From Eledone cirrhosa (taxonomy: Eukaryota): 64,000 nucleotides of DNA. The translations under genes were made by a program, and so were the position numbers. Position 1 is the first letter of the stretch; each line of letters opens with the position of its first letter. Positions 1 to 11,909 of the stretch are shown in pieces. Where the stretch lies: NCBI GenBank assembly GCA_964016885.1, contig OZ024746.1, positions 51,770,001-51,834,000 of the forward strand. The letters run 5' to 3'. The notes beneath the pieces were generated by a model that did no database searches, was not told the origin of the DNA, and was given only the letters and a program-made list of their open reading frames with translations.

Positions 1-318
1 TATTAGAGGTGCAAATTGTGTCCGTAGGCGGTATGCTAAGATGAGCACTCGATACTTGTGGGGAGCAGAGTATCAATAATGATATATAAGCGAATAAAGA
101 ATCAATGTTGCATTATATACATATTTAATTACAAATTACATATGTTTCACTGCCGATCAGCTCGCTGGATGACCGGTTAATGTTCGATCCTGACTCTGAA
201 ATCGGAAGCTCCTCGGATATGTGTTCACATGTAGACTGCTGATTGTCAGGGAAACATATGTAATATGTAATTAAATATGTATATGATGCAACACTGATTC
301 TTTGTTCTTTTATATATA
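1..318 (-). mobile_element. Fold-back insertion (tail 1-82, inverted arms ~82-160 / ~235-318), diverged PLE-type end related to family H
   Basis: Arm aaagaatcaatgttgcattatatacatatttaattac... has its reverse complement at 250-318. Segment 43-82 resembles the family H tail (gtactcgatacttggggtagtagagt). Flanked by TA/TG repeats. Confidence 0.6.
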
Positions 319-357
319 CATATATATATATATGTGTGTGTGTGTATGTGTGTGTGT

Positions 358-522
358 GTGGAAAGATTCAGGACCCCGACAGCTGAGCTCCGGCCGTTTC
401 GACAGCTAGATCCGAACAGCTGTAGAAACGGCCACAGCTGAGCCGTCGGGGTCTTGAATCTTTTCATATTACCCACTCTACTACCCCAAGTATCGAGTAC
501 CTAGTATTTTACCACACCCTAT
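358..522 (+). mobile_element. Fold-back insertion family H (hairpin 361-464 + tail), PLE-type 3' end with 3' half of a hammerhead-like motif
   Basis: Hairpin gaaagattcaggaccccgacagc...gccgtcggggtcttgaatcttt. Homologous copies at 30546, 43171, 63281. GAAAC-GGC...GCC-GTC motif. Followed by (TA)n. Confidence 0.7.
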
Positions 523-852
523 TTGATATATATATATATACATATATATATAAACGTATATATATATATAGAATTCACAAGAATCAAAGCTATGTTCAAA
601 GCATTTATACACTTACAATTGTTTCATCCAAACCTAGGCTTGGAATCTTCGGAGCATTTTTCAATGTTTGTACATATAATTGACTTCCTATCCAACGTAG
701 GAGATATACAGATTCATATATATATATTGATGTACAGTGGAGTGACATATATTATACTATACTATATTTGTACAGCAATTCAAATTTAAAATCAAAATCA
801 AAATTAAAATTAAAATTAAAATACATGCGGCAGATAACACAGATAATGTAAT

Positions 853-1040
853 AATTGTTTCTACTTTAGGCACAGGGCCAGCAATTACCCAGTGCATTAC
901 TGGTACTTTATTTTATCGACCCCGTAAGGATGAAAGGCAAAGTCAACCTCGGCGGGATTTGAACTCAGATCGTAAAGGGACGTAACTATGCTGGAAAGCA
1001 TGGCGTCCGACCCCTACCGATACTGCCAATCCACCGCTTG
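853..1040 (-). mobile_element. tRNA-derived SINE inserted in the family A hairpin loop
   Basis: Reverse complement of the SINE consensus (A box tggcagtatcggtag, B box gagttcaaatcccg). gataatgtaataat on both sides, TSD-like. Confidence 0.85.
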
Positions 1041-1360
1041 ATAATGTAATAATGTGATCTGATTATGCCAATCCACCGCTGATAATGTAATAATGTGATT
1101 ATGCCAATCCACCGCTTGATAATGTAATAATGTGATCTGATTATCAAACTATCCTCTTACATTATCTGTGTTATCTGCCGCATGTATTTTAATTTAAATT
1201 TTAATTTTAATTTTGATTTTGATTTTGATTTTAAATTTGAATTGCTATACAAATATAGTATAGTATAATATATGTCACTCCACTGTACATCAATATATAT
1301 GTATCTGTATGTCTCCTACGTTGGATAGGAAGTCAATTATATGTACAAACATTGAAAAAT

Positions 1361-1405
1361 GCTCCGAAGACTCCAAGCCTAGGTTTGGATGAAACAATTG
1401 TAAGT
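1361..1405 (+). ncRNA. Type I hammerhead-like ribozyme, CCGAAGA core variant (family A)
   Basis: gct-CCGAAGA-c-tccaag...ttgga-t-GAAAC-aatt-GTA-agt, with palindromic stem III ACAATTGT. Folded by eye. Confidence 0.6.
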
Positions 1406-1577
1406 GAATAAATGCTTTGAACATAGCTTTGATTCTTGTGAATTCTATATAACTGCTCTGTAGAACAACTGATGTTATTACATTGAGCTATTTATCTTAC
1501 TGGTAATAAGGTAGTAATAAATTACTGACCTTCCCTGTTTATAGTTTAAAATATACATAACTATAAATAGTATCCTC

Positions 1578-1931
<354 letters not shown>

Positions 1932-2049
1932 ACACTCTTGAACATGTAGCATCTTGAATTAATGCAATGTTGGACTGATATATTGCCAGGCTCATATATC
2001 TTTGGATTGATATATATTTGTACGGGCATCAATATAATTGATTTCCCTT

Positions 2050-2890
2050 CTCACAAATTTCCGGCGTTTTAACTACATTAGAAACCATTATCATTATTAT
2101 TGGCAGTATCGGTAGAGGGTCGGACGCCATGCTTTCCAGCATAGTTACGTCCCTTTACGATTTGAGTTCAAATCCCGCCGAGGTTGACTTTGCCTTTCAT
2201 CCTTAGGAGGTCGATAAAATAAAGTACCAGTAATGCACTGGGTGTTTGCTGGCCTTGTGCCTAAATTAGAAACAATTATTATCAACATGATTATATCATT
2301 AGGGCGGTGGATTGGAAGTATCGGTAGACCGTCAGACAACATGCTTATCAGCATAGAGTTACGGCCCATTACGTTCTGATTTCAAATCCCACTGAGGTTA
2401 ACTTTGCCTTTCATCCTTACGAGGTCGATAAAATAAAGTACCAGTCACGCACTGGGGTCGATTTCATCGACTTTTCCCTCCCCCCAAAATTGCTGGTCTT
2501 GTGCCTATATAAGAAACCATTATTATCAACATGATCATATTATTAGGGCGGTGGATTGGCAGACCGTCGGATAACATGCTTAGCAGCATAGAGTTACGGT
2601 CCAATACGTTCTGAGTTCAAATCCCGCCGAGGTTAACTTTGCTTTTCATCCTTACAGGGTCGATGAAATAAAGCAAGTACTGGGGTCAATTTGATCGACT
2701 TTCCCCTTCCCTTCAACTGCTTAAAGTAGAAACAATAAGTTCAAATCCCACCGAGGTTACCTTTGCCTTTCATCTTTACGAGGTCGATAAAATAAAGTAC
2801 CAGTAACGAACTGGGGTCGGTTTAATTGGCTTCCCCCTCCCCCAAATTACTGGCCTTGTGCCTATATATAAGAAATCATTATTATTATTA
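2050..2890 (+). mobile_element. Tandem cluster of about 4 tRNA-derived SINEs with (ATT)n tails
   Basis: Repeated tggcagtatcggtagag...gagttcaaatcccgccgaggttaactttgcctttcatccttacggggtcgataaaataaagtaccagt...ggccttgtgcc. Pol III A and B boxes. Resembles octopus tRNA-derived SINEs. Confidence 0.9.
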
Positions 2891-2891
2891 T

Positions 2892-3230
2892 GACCCGCGC
2901 CTATGGGTTGACCATGCGCCTATAGGCTAGCTAACTTGAGGAGAGGGGTGCTCTCCTTGGGTGCCCTTGAAGCGCAGGGTGGTTCAGGATTGGTGGAGTA
3001 CCTAAGTCACCCCAGGGTCGTTCACCCCCTATCGGGGAATTTATTTTGTTATATTTATGCATAGTTTATTTTATATTTTGTATATCTTCATTGTTAAATT
3101 AGTCTTGCCATTGTGCACTTTTACTCGACCTTATTGTAAACCCCCACTGTCCCTGTCTTTGTATTGTCCCCTACATGTCGGCCCTTGTGGCTAATAAATG
3201 AAATCATTGTTATTATCATTATTATTATTA
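2892..3230 (+). mobile_element. Tx1-like LINE 3' end (5'-truncated) with (ATT)n tail
   Basis: Near-identical to the reverse complement of 58150-58450. Ends gtcggcccttgtggctaataaatgaaatc(att)n. Confidence 0.8.
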
Positions 3231-3257
3231 TATATGATATTTTGTGTCTACTTTCAG

Positions 3258-3334
3258 GTAATTACCATAGCATGACTGTCCACATCCTCCGACGTGGTCA
3301 AAACCCGCTCAGTAAATATCTAATGGATGACTAG
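3258..3334 (+). CDS. Candidate terminal coding exon of an unidentified host gene ([G]NYHSMTVHILRRGQNPLSKYLMDD*)
   Basis: Acceptor ttttgtgtctactttcag at 3257, open frame to TAG at 3332-3334, non-repetitive sequence, AATAAA at ~3413 and ~3596. Protein not recognised. Confidence 0.4.
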
Positions 3335-3737
3335 AGTGTAGGTAAACGCATACACACACACACTCACATACATACACACACATGCGCGCGAGCACACAAA
3401 TATACGCACAGAAATAAAAGACAATTGACATCATTTTGTTTTTCGTCTTGTTGACGATCACATAAAAATGGACGTCGAATTATATGTGTGTGTTTGTATC
3501 TGTATAAATTTTAGAGGAAAAAAGCAAATGCTTATATGGTAAACTTTGTCTCAAAACACCACATTATCTATTCCAAATACATCAATACTGAAGAAAATAA
3601 ATATGTACAACCACAAAACATAAATACCGAACAACAAATCTCAAACATTCACCTTAAAAATAAAGAAATGAAATCATTTAAATTGAAATTAAGAAAAAAA
3701 TGTTTAAAAACAAACAATATACACTTCCACGTACAAC

Positions 3738-3777
<40 letters not shown>

Positions 3778-3779
<2 letters not shown>

Positions 3780-4208
3780 AACGTTAGAATATGTGTAATA
3801 AGGCCAAGACAATGCAGATATGGACATAGAAAAAAGAATGCAATAGTGAGAGATATTGATGTGAATTCGTCTTTCACCTTGAATTTATTTAAATGTCCTT
3901 AATTTTCGAGATAATATCTCTTCTTCGGAGGGAAGTAAAGGTCTCAGACCAGCGTCTTTAAATTTCTAATGAAAATTAGAAATTTAAAGACGCTGGTCTG
4001 AGACCTTTACTTCCCTCCGAAGAAGAGATATTATCTCGAAAATTAAGGACATTTAAATAAATTCAAGGTGAAAGACGAATTCACATCAATATCTCTCACT
4101 ATTGCATTCTTTTTTCTATGTCCATACCTGCATTGTCTTGGCCTTATTACACATATTCTAACGTTTATACCTCATTACACAATGCTTCAAGTGAACTATA
4201 ACCTCCTC

Positions 4209-4211
<3 letters not shown>
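3778..4211 (+). mobile_element. Fold-back insertion family B: ~190-bp arms, GAAA loop at 3971-3974, tail 4169-4211
   Basis: Near-perfect palindrome between TA tracts. Contains cct-CCGAAGA-a-gagat/atctc-GAAAATTA-agg at 4014-4048. Confidence 0.85.
4014..4048 (+). ncRNA. Minimal hammerhead-like motif, CCGAAGA variant (family B)
   Basis: Stem I cct/agg, stem II gagat/atctc, GAAA, loopless palindromic stem III, predicted UUA site. Confidence 0.5.
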
Positions 4212-4291
<80 letters not shown>

Positions 4292-4355
4292 ATATATATA
4301 TATATACAATATATATATATATATATATACAATATATAGTCATGTTTACAACATA

Positions 4356-4392
<37 letters not shown>

Positions 4393-4452
4393 GATATATA
4401 TAATATATATGCATGTTATATATGTATATCTATATCTCTCTCTCTATATATG

Positions 4453-4513
<61 letters not shown>

Positions 4514-4647
4514 TGTATGAGCTGATGATAATATATTTGGGAATTGAGAACTAAACCAAGTAGGGCTGTGGTAGACATCTTAATAATCCAGAACTTCATA
4601 CATGTAGAAGAGAACTGATAGAAGAGAACATCTGTATAGGTTATATA

Positions 4648-5022
4648 TGGTGATGACGATGATGATGATGGTAGCAGTTATGGTGGTGGTGGTGGTGGTT
4701 GTGGGGATGACAGTGGCACTAGCGATGATGGGTGATGGTTGGGATGACGATGGTGGACGATGGTGGTGGTGATGATGTTGGTGGCGTTCGTGGTGTTGGT
4801 GGTGGTGGTTATGATGGGTGATGGTAGTGATGGTGATGATGGTCGTGGTGTTCGTGGTGATGGTTATGATGGGTGATGGTGGTGGGGATGATGATGATGG
4901 GTGATGGTGGTGAGGGTGGTGATGGTGGTAATAATGATGATGGTGATCATGGTGATGATTGATGGTGATGACTATGGTGATTGTAACTATGATGATATTT
5001 ATTTATGAAGATCATGACCATG
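4648..5022. repeat. (GAT/GGT)n low-complexity trinucleotide region
   Basis: Direct reading. Confidence 0.9.
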
Positions 5023-5034
5023 ATAGAAGTAATA

Positions 5035-5445
5035 ATTGTTTCTACTTTTAGGCACAAGGCCAGCAATTATCCCAGTGTATTATGGTACTTTATTTTATCG
5101 GCCCCGTAAAGATCAAAGGCAAAGTTAACCTCGGCGGGATTTGAACTCAGACTGTAAAGGGACGTAACTATGCTAGAAAGCATGATAGAAGTAATAATGC
5201 CGAGGATCTATTGTAACATTTTAATTGACTACTCGTACAGGATGTATTATATTTTGCTAGTGGATTGGCAGTATCGGTAGAGGGTCGGACACCTTGCTTT
5301 GCAGCAAAGAGTTACGGCCCTTTATGGTCTGAGTTTAAATCCCGCCGTGGTTAACTTTGCCTTTCATCCTTACGGGTTCGATAAATAAAGTACCAGTAAT
5401 GAACTGGGATAATTGCTGGCCTTGTGCCAAAAGTAGAAACAATTA
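5035..5445. mobile_element. Two SINE copies (5035-5182 minus, 5260-5445 plus)
   Basis: SINE consensus match. catgatagaagtaataat is duplicated around the first copy. Confidence 0.85.
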
Positions 5446-5663
5446 TTTTTTGCTAATGCGCCATATTTGCTGTGGATCGCCATCTCACTTTACCTATCCC
5501 ACAGTGATATGCTACATACAGTTAATTCAAGCTTGATTTGAACTCCAGAACTCATAAATCATGTAAATTTATAATTTGGTTCGCAATGTCGTCCTTACCT
5601 GTTATGAAACTAGTAAGAAATTTACTCCATTGCTCTACTGATTCTCTCACTCAGCACAGTTAG

Positions 5664-5752
<89 letters not shown>

Positions 5753-5802
5753 GTTAGTAGTAGTGGTAGTGGTGGTGGTGGTATTATTATTATTAGTATT
5801 AT

Positions 5803-5860
<58 letters not shown>
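5664..5860. repeat. (TAG)n microsatellite
   Basis: Direct reading. Confidence 0.95.
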
Positions 5861-5861
<1 letters not shown>

Positions 5862-5877
5862 ACAATAATGATAATAA

Positions 5878-6015
5878 TGGTTTCTTATATAGGCACAAGG
5901 CCAACAATTTTGGGGGAGGGGAAAGTCGATTTAATCGACCCCAGTGCTGACTGATACTTTATTTTATCGACCCCGTAAGGATGAAAGGCAAAGTTAACCT
6001 TGGCGGGATTTGAAT
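5878..6015 (-). mobile_element. Truncated SINE
   Basis: Reverse complement of the SINE 3' part. A further copy lies at 6432-6538. Confidence 0.8.
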
Positions 6016-6035
6016 AATGATAATAATAATAATAA

Positions 6036-6262
6036 TACCATCAATATCGATTGTCAGAGAAGCCTCGATTGACGAAGAGTTTTCAAGGATGGTTAAAGAA
6101 CATTAGTTCATCTCCCTTTTTTGAAGCCCTTCAAAAGACATGCTTGCTGGGAACAGCAAGAACCCTCCGATACGTCCTGAATATCTGAGGCTGCAGGTAG
6201 CATATTGATGTTCATTTGAACAAACTTTCCAGATAAATAACATCCATGACTGAGTCTCCAAT
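6036..6262 (+). mobile_element. Dong/R4-type LINE 3' end in (TAA)n
   Basis: Encodes WLKNISSSPFFEALQKTCLLGTARTLRYVLNI*, the same C-terminus as ORF 14228-14704. TAA repeats on both sides. Confidence 0.85.
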
Positions 6263-6549
6263 AATAATAACAACAACAATAACAATAATAATAACAACAA
6301 CAATAACAATAATTTCTGTTATTGTCCATAATAAAGACATAGGGGATTCAGTACAATACAAGGATGAAAAACAACACAAAAGGGGGACAACAGCAACAAT
6401 AACAACAAGCAATAGATATAACAATAGCGATAATTGTTTCTACTTTTGGCACAAGGCCAGCAATTACCCAGTGCATTGCTGGTACTTTATTTTATCGACC
6501 CCGTAAGGATGAAAGGCAAAGTTAACCTTGGCGGGATTAATGATAATTA

Positions 6550-7260
6550 ATAGTAATTATGAAAAAATAAATAATAAACGTCCTCAGGGGACAGTTCCCC
6601 AATAGGAGGGGAGGTCACTCTGGAATAATTACAGGAAAAAAACTCACAATAAGACCCCGAATTACTCTGTTGTATAAAAGACATTGAAGGTACCCTCTCC
6701 TAGGTTCTCTCCTCCGGCCTAGAAAAGCATAATCGAATTAGATTATCCAGTCTCGTCAACCTAACCTCTCTAACGAATCTATCATGAAACCCACTATGAT
6801 AATAACTGATTAGGGCCTTAAATGGTGAGGACATTATGACAGTGAATGGCAAAAGAAACAGCAAAACAAGACAAATTAGCGGATCTATATGAATGAGAGT
6901 AACTACTCAGGATGGTTCGGCGTACCCTATTCAAAACTCCAGGTTACGCTGATACAATAAAACAAATGGCTTCTTCTGGTTCTTGCAAATAGCCTAAAAT
7001 GCTATAATTAATGTTGATCCATTTAACCTCACCATTTTCGCAAAATTTCACACACTGGTGTGTAATAAAATTTGCTAGAGGGCAGCATCTCCTGGTATTT
7101 AAATAATTTGATGAAACGTAGCCTGAGAGGAGACCCTCTAGCACGAGCATACATACCTGTAGAGTTCATAATGAGGCAAAGTTGTAGCACAGCCCGATCA
7201 GGGACATTTGGAAATCATTCATAATTCCTGAGATGAAGGTCCTTTAAAAAAGATTACTTA
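6550..7260 (-). pseudogene. Heavily degraded Tx1-like LINE 3' region
   Basis: 3' UTR resembles the other Tx1 ends, with remnants of a Cys/His-containing C-terminal region and many stops. Confidence 0.35.
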
Positions 7261-7308
7261 GTCTATCCTTGTTGACGCCAAAAATCGTTCCCAGACTATC
7301 ATCCATAG

Positions 7309-7474
7309 CTGGGTTTCCCAAACGTTTTCAAGCTCGGAACCCTTTTTGGTTCAGAAACTTTTGGTGGAACCCTAAAGTCTAATACTGTTATATGGTCGTA
7401 ATATAAATATACACGTCTACTTTTTTCACGGAACTCAAGACACTCCTTTTCGGAACCCACTTTGGGAACTTCTG
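7309..7474. mobile_element. hAT-type MITE
   Basis: Imperfect TIRs ctgggtttcccaaa / tttgggaacttctg. 8-bp TSD atccatag / atctatag. Confidence 0.75.
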
Positions 7475-7519
7475 ATCTATAGTACTTTCCATTAAAGTTT
7501 TATACAGTATTACAGTATT

Positions 7520-8418
7520 TATTTGCGGCTCTTTACATTTTGCGTTCAAATCCTGCGCAAGTTACCTATATTTTTCATACTTCCGGGATCAGAGTAGGAG
7601 TAACAGTTAACTATTGTTGGGTTCGTTCAGAATTGACAAGCACGTCCCTCTCAAACTCCAGATCATGTGCCTATGTTAGAAATTATTATTATCATCATCA
7701 TGGTAGACTGGCACTATCAGTAGAGCATCGGACAACATGCTGTATGGCATATAGTTACGGCCCTTTGCGTTCTGAGTTCAAATTTCGCCGTCATTAACTT
7801 TGCCTATTATTCTTACAGGGTTGATAAATAAAGTACCAGAAAAGCACTGGTGGCAATTTAATCGACTTTCCCCACCCTTGAAAGTGTTGGCCTTGTGTCG
7901 GTGGATTGGCAGTATCCGTAGCGGGTCGGACGCCATGCTTTGCAGCATAGAGTTACGGCCCTTTATGGTCTGAGTTCACATCCCACCGAGGTTAAGTTTG
8001 CCTTTCATCCTTACGGGGTCAATAAAATAAAGTACCAATAATGCATTGGGATAATTGCTGGCTTTGTGCCAAACGTAGAAACAATTATTATCATCGCCTT
8101 CATCAACATCACCATTGTTATCTTTTTTCGTTTCTATTATCCTCATCATTATGACCATATTTCCAGCTATCATCATCGCTTCGATGATAATGATAATAAT
8201 GATCATCATCATCATCATCGTCATCAACATTCCTCACCATCCCTGACATAATAACAAATAATTATTGGTTAGATTATACAACAGAGATAAGTTTCCAGTG
8301 AGCTAACTCTGTAAATAAACATTTTTATTCCCGGTTGTAACAATCTCACTTCACTCACCACGTCACAGATACACACGGGTGGGATGAGGGTACGAAACCA
8401 TCACATCATCAACATTAG

Positions 8419-8496
<78 letters not shown>

Positions 8497-9650
8497 TCCC
8501 CCCTCTCTCTCGCTCTCTTTGACGTATGGCAAAGAAAGAAACATTTAGCTTTATCATTATTGACAGTACGTCCCTTTACGATCTGAGTTCAAATCCTGCC
8601 GAGGTTTCTGTCATCCTTACGGGGTCGATAAAATAAAGTACCATTTATGCACTGGCTTAACAGCTGGCCTTGTGCCAAAATAGAAACAATTATCATTATT
8701 GACAGTATCGGTAGAGCGTCGGACACCATGCTTGGTTGCATAGAGTTACGGCCCTTTATGTTCTGAGTTCAAATCCCGCCGAGGTTAACTTTGCTTTTCA
8801 ACCTTACGGGGTTGATAAAATAAAGTACCAGTCACACACTAGGGTCAATTTAATCGACTTTCCCCTTCCCCAAAATTGCGGGATTAAATCAGAAACTATA
8901 AGTGTGGTGGATTGGCAGTATCGGTAGAGGATCGGACACCATGCTTTCCAGCATAGAGTTACGTCCCTTTCCGATCTGAGTTCAAATTTCGCCAAGGTTA
9001 ACTTTGCCTTACGGGGTCGATAAAATAAAGTCTCTCACTGGGGTCAATTTAATCGACTTTCCCCCAAAATTGCTGGCCTTGTGACTATATAAGAAACCAT
9101 TACTATAATAATAATTATTATTATTATAGGAAAACTGGCAGAAGTGATAGAGCGTCGAACATTATAAAATGCATTACTTTGTGGTATTTAGTTATGTCCA
9201 TTTACCTTCCGATTTCCAATCCTGCCAAAGTCGACTTTTCTTTTTTATCCTTCTGGGAAGTTTCAATGAGATTTAGTACAGCAATGCTGGAGTCCACTTG
9301 TGGCCATGTAAGAAATGTTTATTATTGTTAAATCCGCCGAGGTTAACTTTGCCTTTCGTCCTTACGGGGTCGATAAAATAAAGTACCAGTAATGCACTGG
9401 GATAATTGCTGGCCTTGGGCCAAAAGTAGAAACAATTATTGTTAAATAATGATGGCGATGGATTGGCAGTATCGGTAGAGGGTCGGTCACCATGCTTTGA
9501 CGCATAGAGTTACGGCCCTTGCCAGCCTGAGTTCAAATCCGGCCGAGGTTAACTTTGCCTTTCATGCTTACGGGGTAGATTAAATAAAGTATCAGTAATG
9601 CACTGGGTAGTTGCTGGCCTTGTGCCAAAAATAGAAACAATTATTGTTAA
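7520..9650 (+). mobile_element. Dense cluster of about 9 tRNA-derived SINEs with an internal (TC)n tract at 8422-8510
   Basis: Repeated A/B-box SINE consensus with ATT tails. Confidence 0.85.
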
Positions 9651-9938
9651 ATAATGATGGGATTTAACTTTTTTATTTTACCAGTTATATACTATAGGCC
9701 ACTAAATCGATAATAACTCCCTATATAATCTGTTGCCTTGCATGTAGCAATGATAAAATGATCATCAACCTCATTATAATGCACACCATCATCATCATCA
9801 TCATCATCCTCCTCATCATCATCAACATCATTATCATCGTCGTCAACATCATCAACAACAGCAAAAGGTTAAATATGATTAATAATGACAAGAGAAGCAA
9901 AGACAATAACAGCAACAGCAACAATCAAGCAACTTCTG

Positions 9939-9996
<58 letters not shown>

Positions 9997-10237
9997 CAGT
10001 AATTACCAAAATAAAGTAGTAACAACAGCAGCAACATCAAAAGAAATTACAAGTGTAGCTGCATCACCAACAACAGTAAACAACTAAACAGTAAACAACT
10101 AAAACGACGACAGCTGTAACAAAAATTTCAACAGCGGGAATGAAAATTTAGCAACTACATCTATAACACTAATAGAAGAAACATCAGACAAAAATCAGTA
10201 AAAATAAAATTGCTTCAACAACCACAATAATAGTAAA

Positions 10238-11200
10238 AATTGCAACAACAAGAGCGAGGGAGAGAGCAACAAAAATGAAAAATAAATATCAGCAATTATA
10301 CCTGAAACAAGAAAGATAGCATCAAAATAGCCCAGAGAAAAGGGTAACAAGAAATATTTCAACAAAATAACACCAGCTAAAAAAATTAGCAACAGTTGTA
10401 AGACTGCAGCGAAAATGTAACTAAGAAAGATTTTCCGAACAGAATGTATTTCCTGGCGCCGAAGACGCCCAAGGACAACCAAAAATTAAAAAAATAATAA
10501 TAATCAACCTTCGGCCTTCAGGACGCATAGTAGATTTTTGAGACTTATTTTAGGGGGAAAAGTAGCGTCCTCGGTGCCGGGGTATGCGGTAAATAAGCTT
10601 TTTTTTTTAAATTGCAACAAATTAAAATATTGCAACAAGAAGAGCGAGGGAGATAGCAACAAAAATAGGAGAAAAATAATCACCAATTATGCCTGTAACA
10701 AGAAATATAGCATCAAAATAGCCTAGAGAAAAAGGGTAATAAGAAATATTTCAACAAAATAACAACAGCTGAAAAATTAGCAACAGTTTGTCAGACTGCA
10801 GCGAAAATGTAACTAAGAAAATTGTTCCGAACATAATAGAAGAAATAAGTTTTTTAAAAAAATTGCAACAAGAAGAGCGAGGGAGATAGCAACAAGAATG
10901 AATATTATACCTGTAGCATCAAAATAGCCCAGAAAAAAGGTAATAAGAAATATTTCAACAATAACAACCGCTGAAAAATTAGCAACGGTTTGAAACACTG
11001 CAGTGAAAATGTAACTAAGAAAATTGTTCCGAACAGAATAGAATAAATACACTTTTTAAATAAAATTGCAACAAATTTAAATATTGCAACAAGAAGAGCG
11101 AGGGAGAAAGCAACAAAATGGAAGAAAAGAAATCACCTGTAACAAATTATACCTGTTACAGAATAGAAGAAATCATTTTTTTTAAAATAAAAAATTAGGA
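10238..11200. repeat. Degenerate tandem repeat, ~230-bp unit, about 4 copies
   Basis: ttgcaacaagaagagcgagggaga recurs at ~10240, 10631, 10863, 11084, with a conserved downstream block ending gttccgaacagaat. Confidence 0.85.
10446..10591. mobile_element. pogo/Tigger-like (Tc1-mariner) MITE in the tandem repeat
   Basis: Inverted ends gtatttcctggcgccgaagacgc / gcgtcctcggtgccggggtatgcgg followed by TA. Confidence 0.6.
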
Positions 11201-11255
11201 ACAAATATGACACCAAGAACATTTCAAGAAAACTGACATTAAATAGCAACGACAT

Positions 11256-11286
<31 letters not shown>

Positions 11287-11289
<3 letters not shown>

Positions 11290-11813
11290 TTAAGGATACT
11301 ATTTATGGTTATGTATATACTAAAACCTTTTATAGTTATATATATATTATACCCTAAATAGTGAAAGACAGTAATTTATTACTATCTTATTACCAGTAAG
11401 ATAAATAGCTCAATGTAACAACATCAGTTGTTTTACAGAGCAGTTATATAGAGATTACATGAAACACAGTTCTGTTTAAATCATTTATCTGCTTACAATT
11501 GTTTCTTCCAAACCGAGGTTTGGTGTCTTCGGAGCAATTATTCAGTGATTATTCAGTGAACATACTTGACCTCCTTTTCAACACAAGAGACATATAGAAA
11601 CATATGTATATATTGACTACCATGCTATATTATTATAATGGATGTCAACCCACTGTGGGTCAATATATGCATATGTTTCTATATGTCTCTTGTGTTGAAA
11701 AGGAGGTCAAGTATGTTAAAAATCACTGAATAATTGCTCCGAAGACTCCAAACCTCGGTTTGGAAGAAACAATTGTAAGCAGATAAATGATTTAAACAGA
11801 ACTTTGTTTCATG

Positions 11814-11820
<7 letters not shown>
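11287..11820 (-). mobile_element. Fold-back insertion family A copy 2 (tail 11287-11450, arms 11453-11617 / 11659-11818)
   Basis: Inverted arms flanked by (TA)n and (TC)n(TA)n. Confidence 0.85.
11735..11781 (+). ncRNA. Hammerhead-like ribozyme, CCGAAGA variant (family A; mirror copy on minus at ~11490-11536)
   Basis: tgct-CCGAAGA-c-tccaaacc-tc-ggtttgga-a-GAAAC-aatt-GTA-agca. Confidence 0.65.

Positions 11821-11909
<89 letters not shown>

Noticed and set aside
2097-2180. tRNA gene-like A/B boxes
   Set aside because: These are heads of a multicopy SINE with no complete cloverleaf.
3778-4211. Palindromes interpreted as MITEs or pre-miRNAs
   Set aside because: One-sided tails, variable turn-around points within families and hammerhead motifs fit PLE-type fold-back better than fixed TIRs.
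5594-5650. Possible minus-strand exon ending at AG/GTAAG
   Set aside because: There is no clear acceptor, it abuts a microsatellite, and no partner exons were found.
10238-11200. CRISPR-like repeat-spacer pattern
   Set aside because: Whole units are homologous with no unique spacers, the context is eukaryotic, and there are no cas genes.
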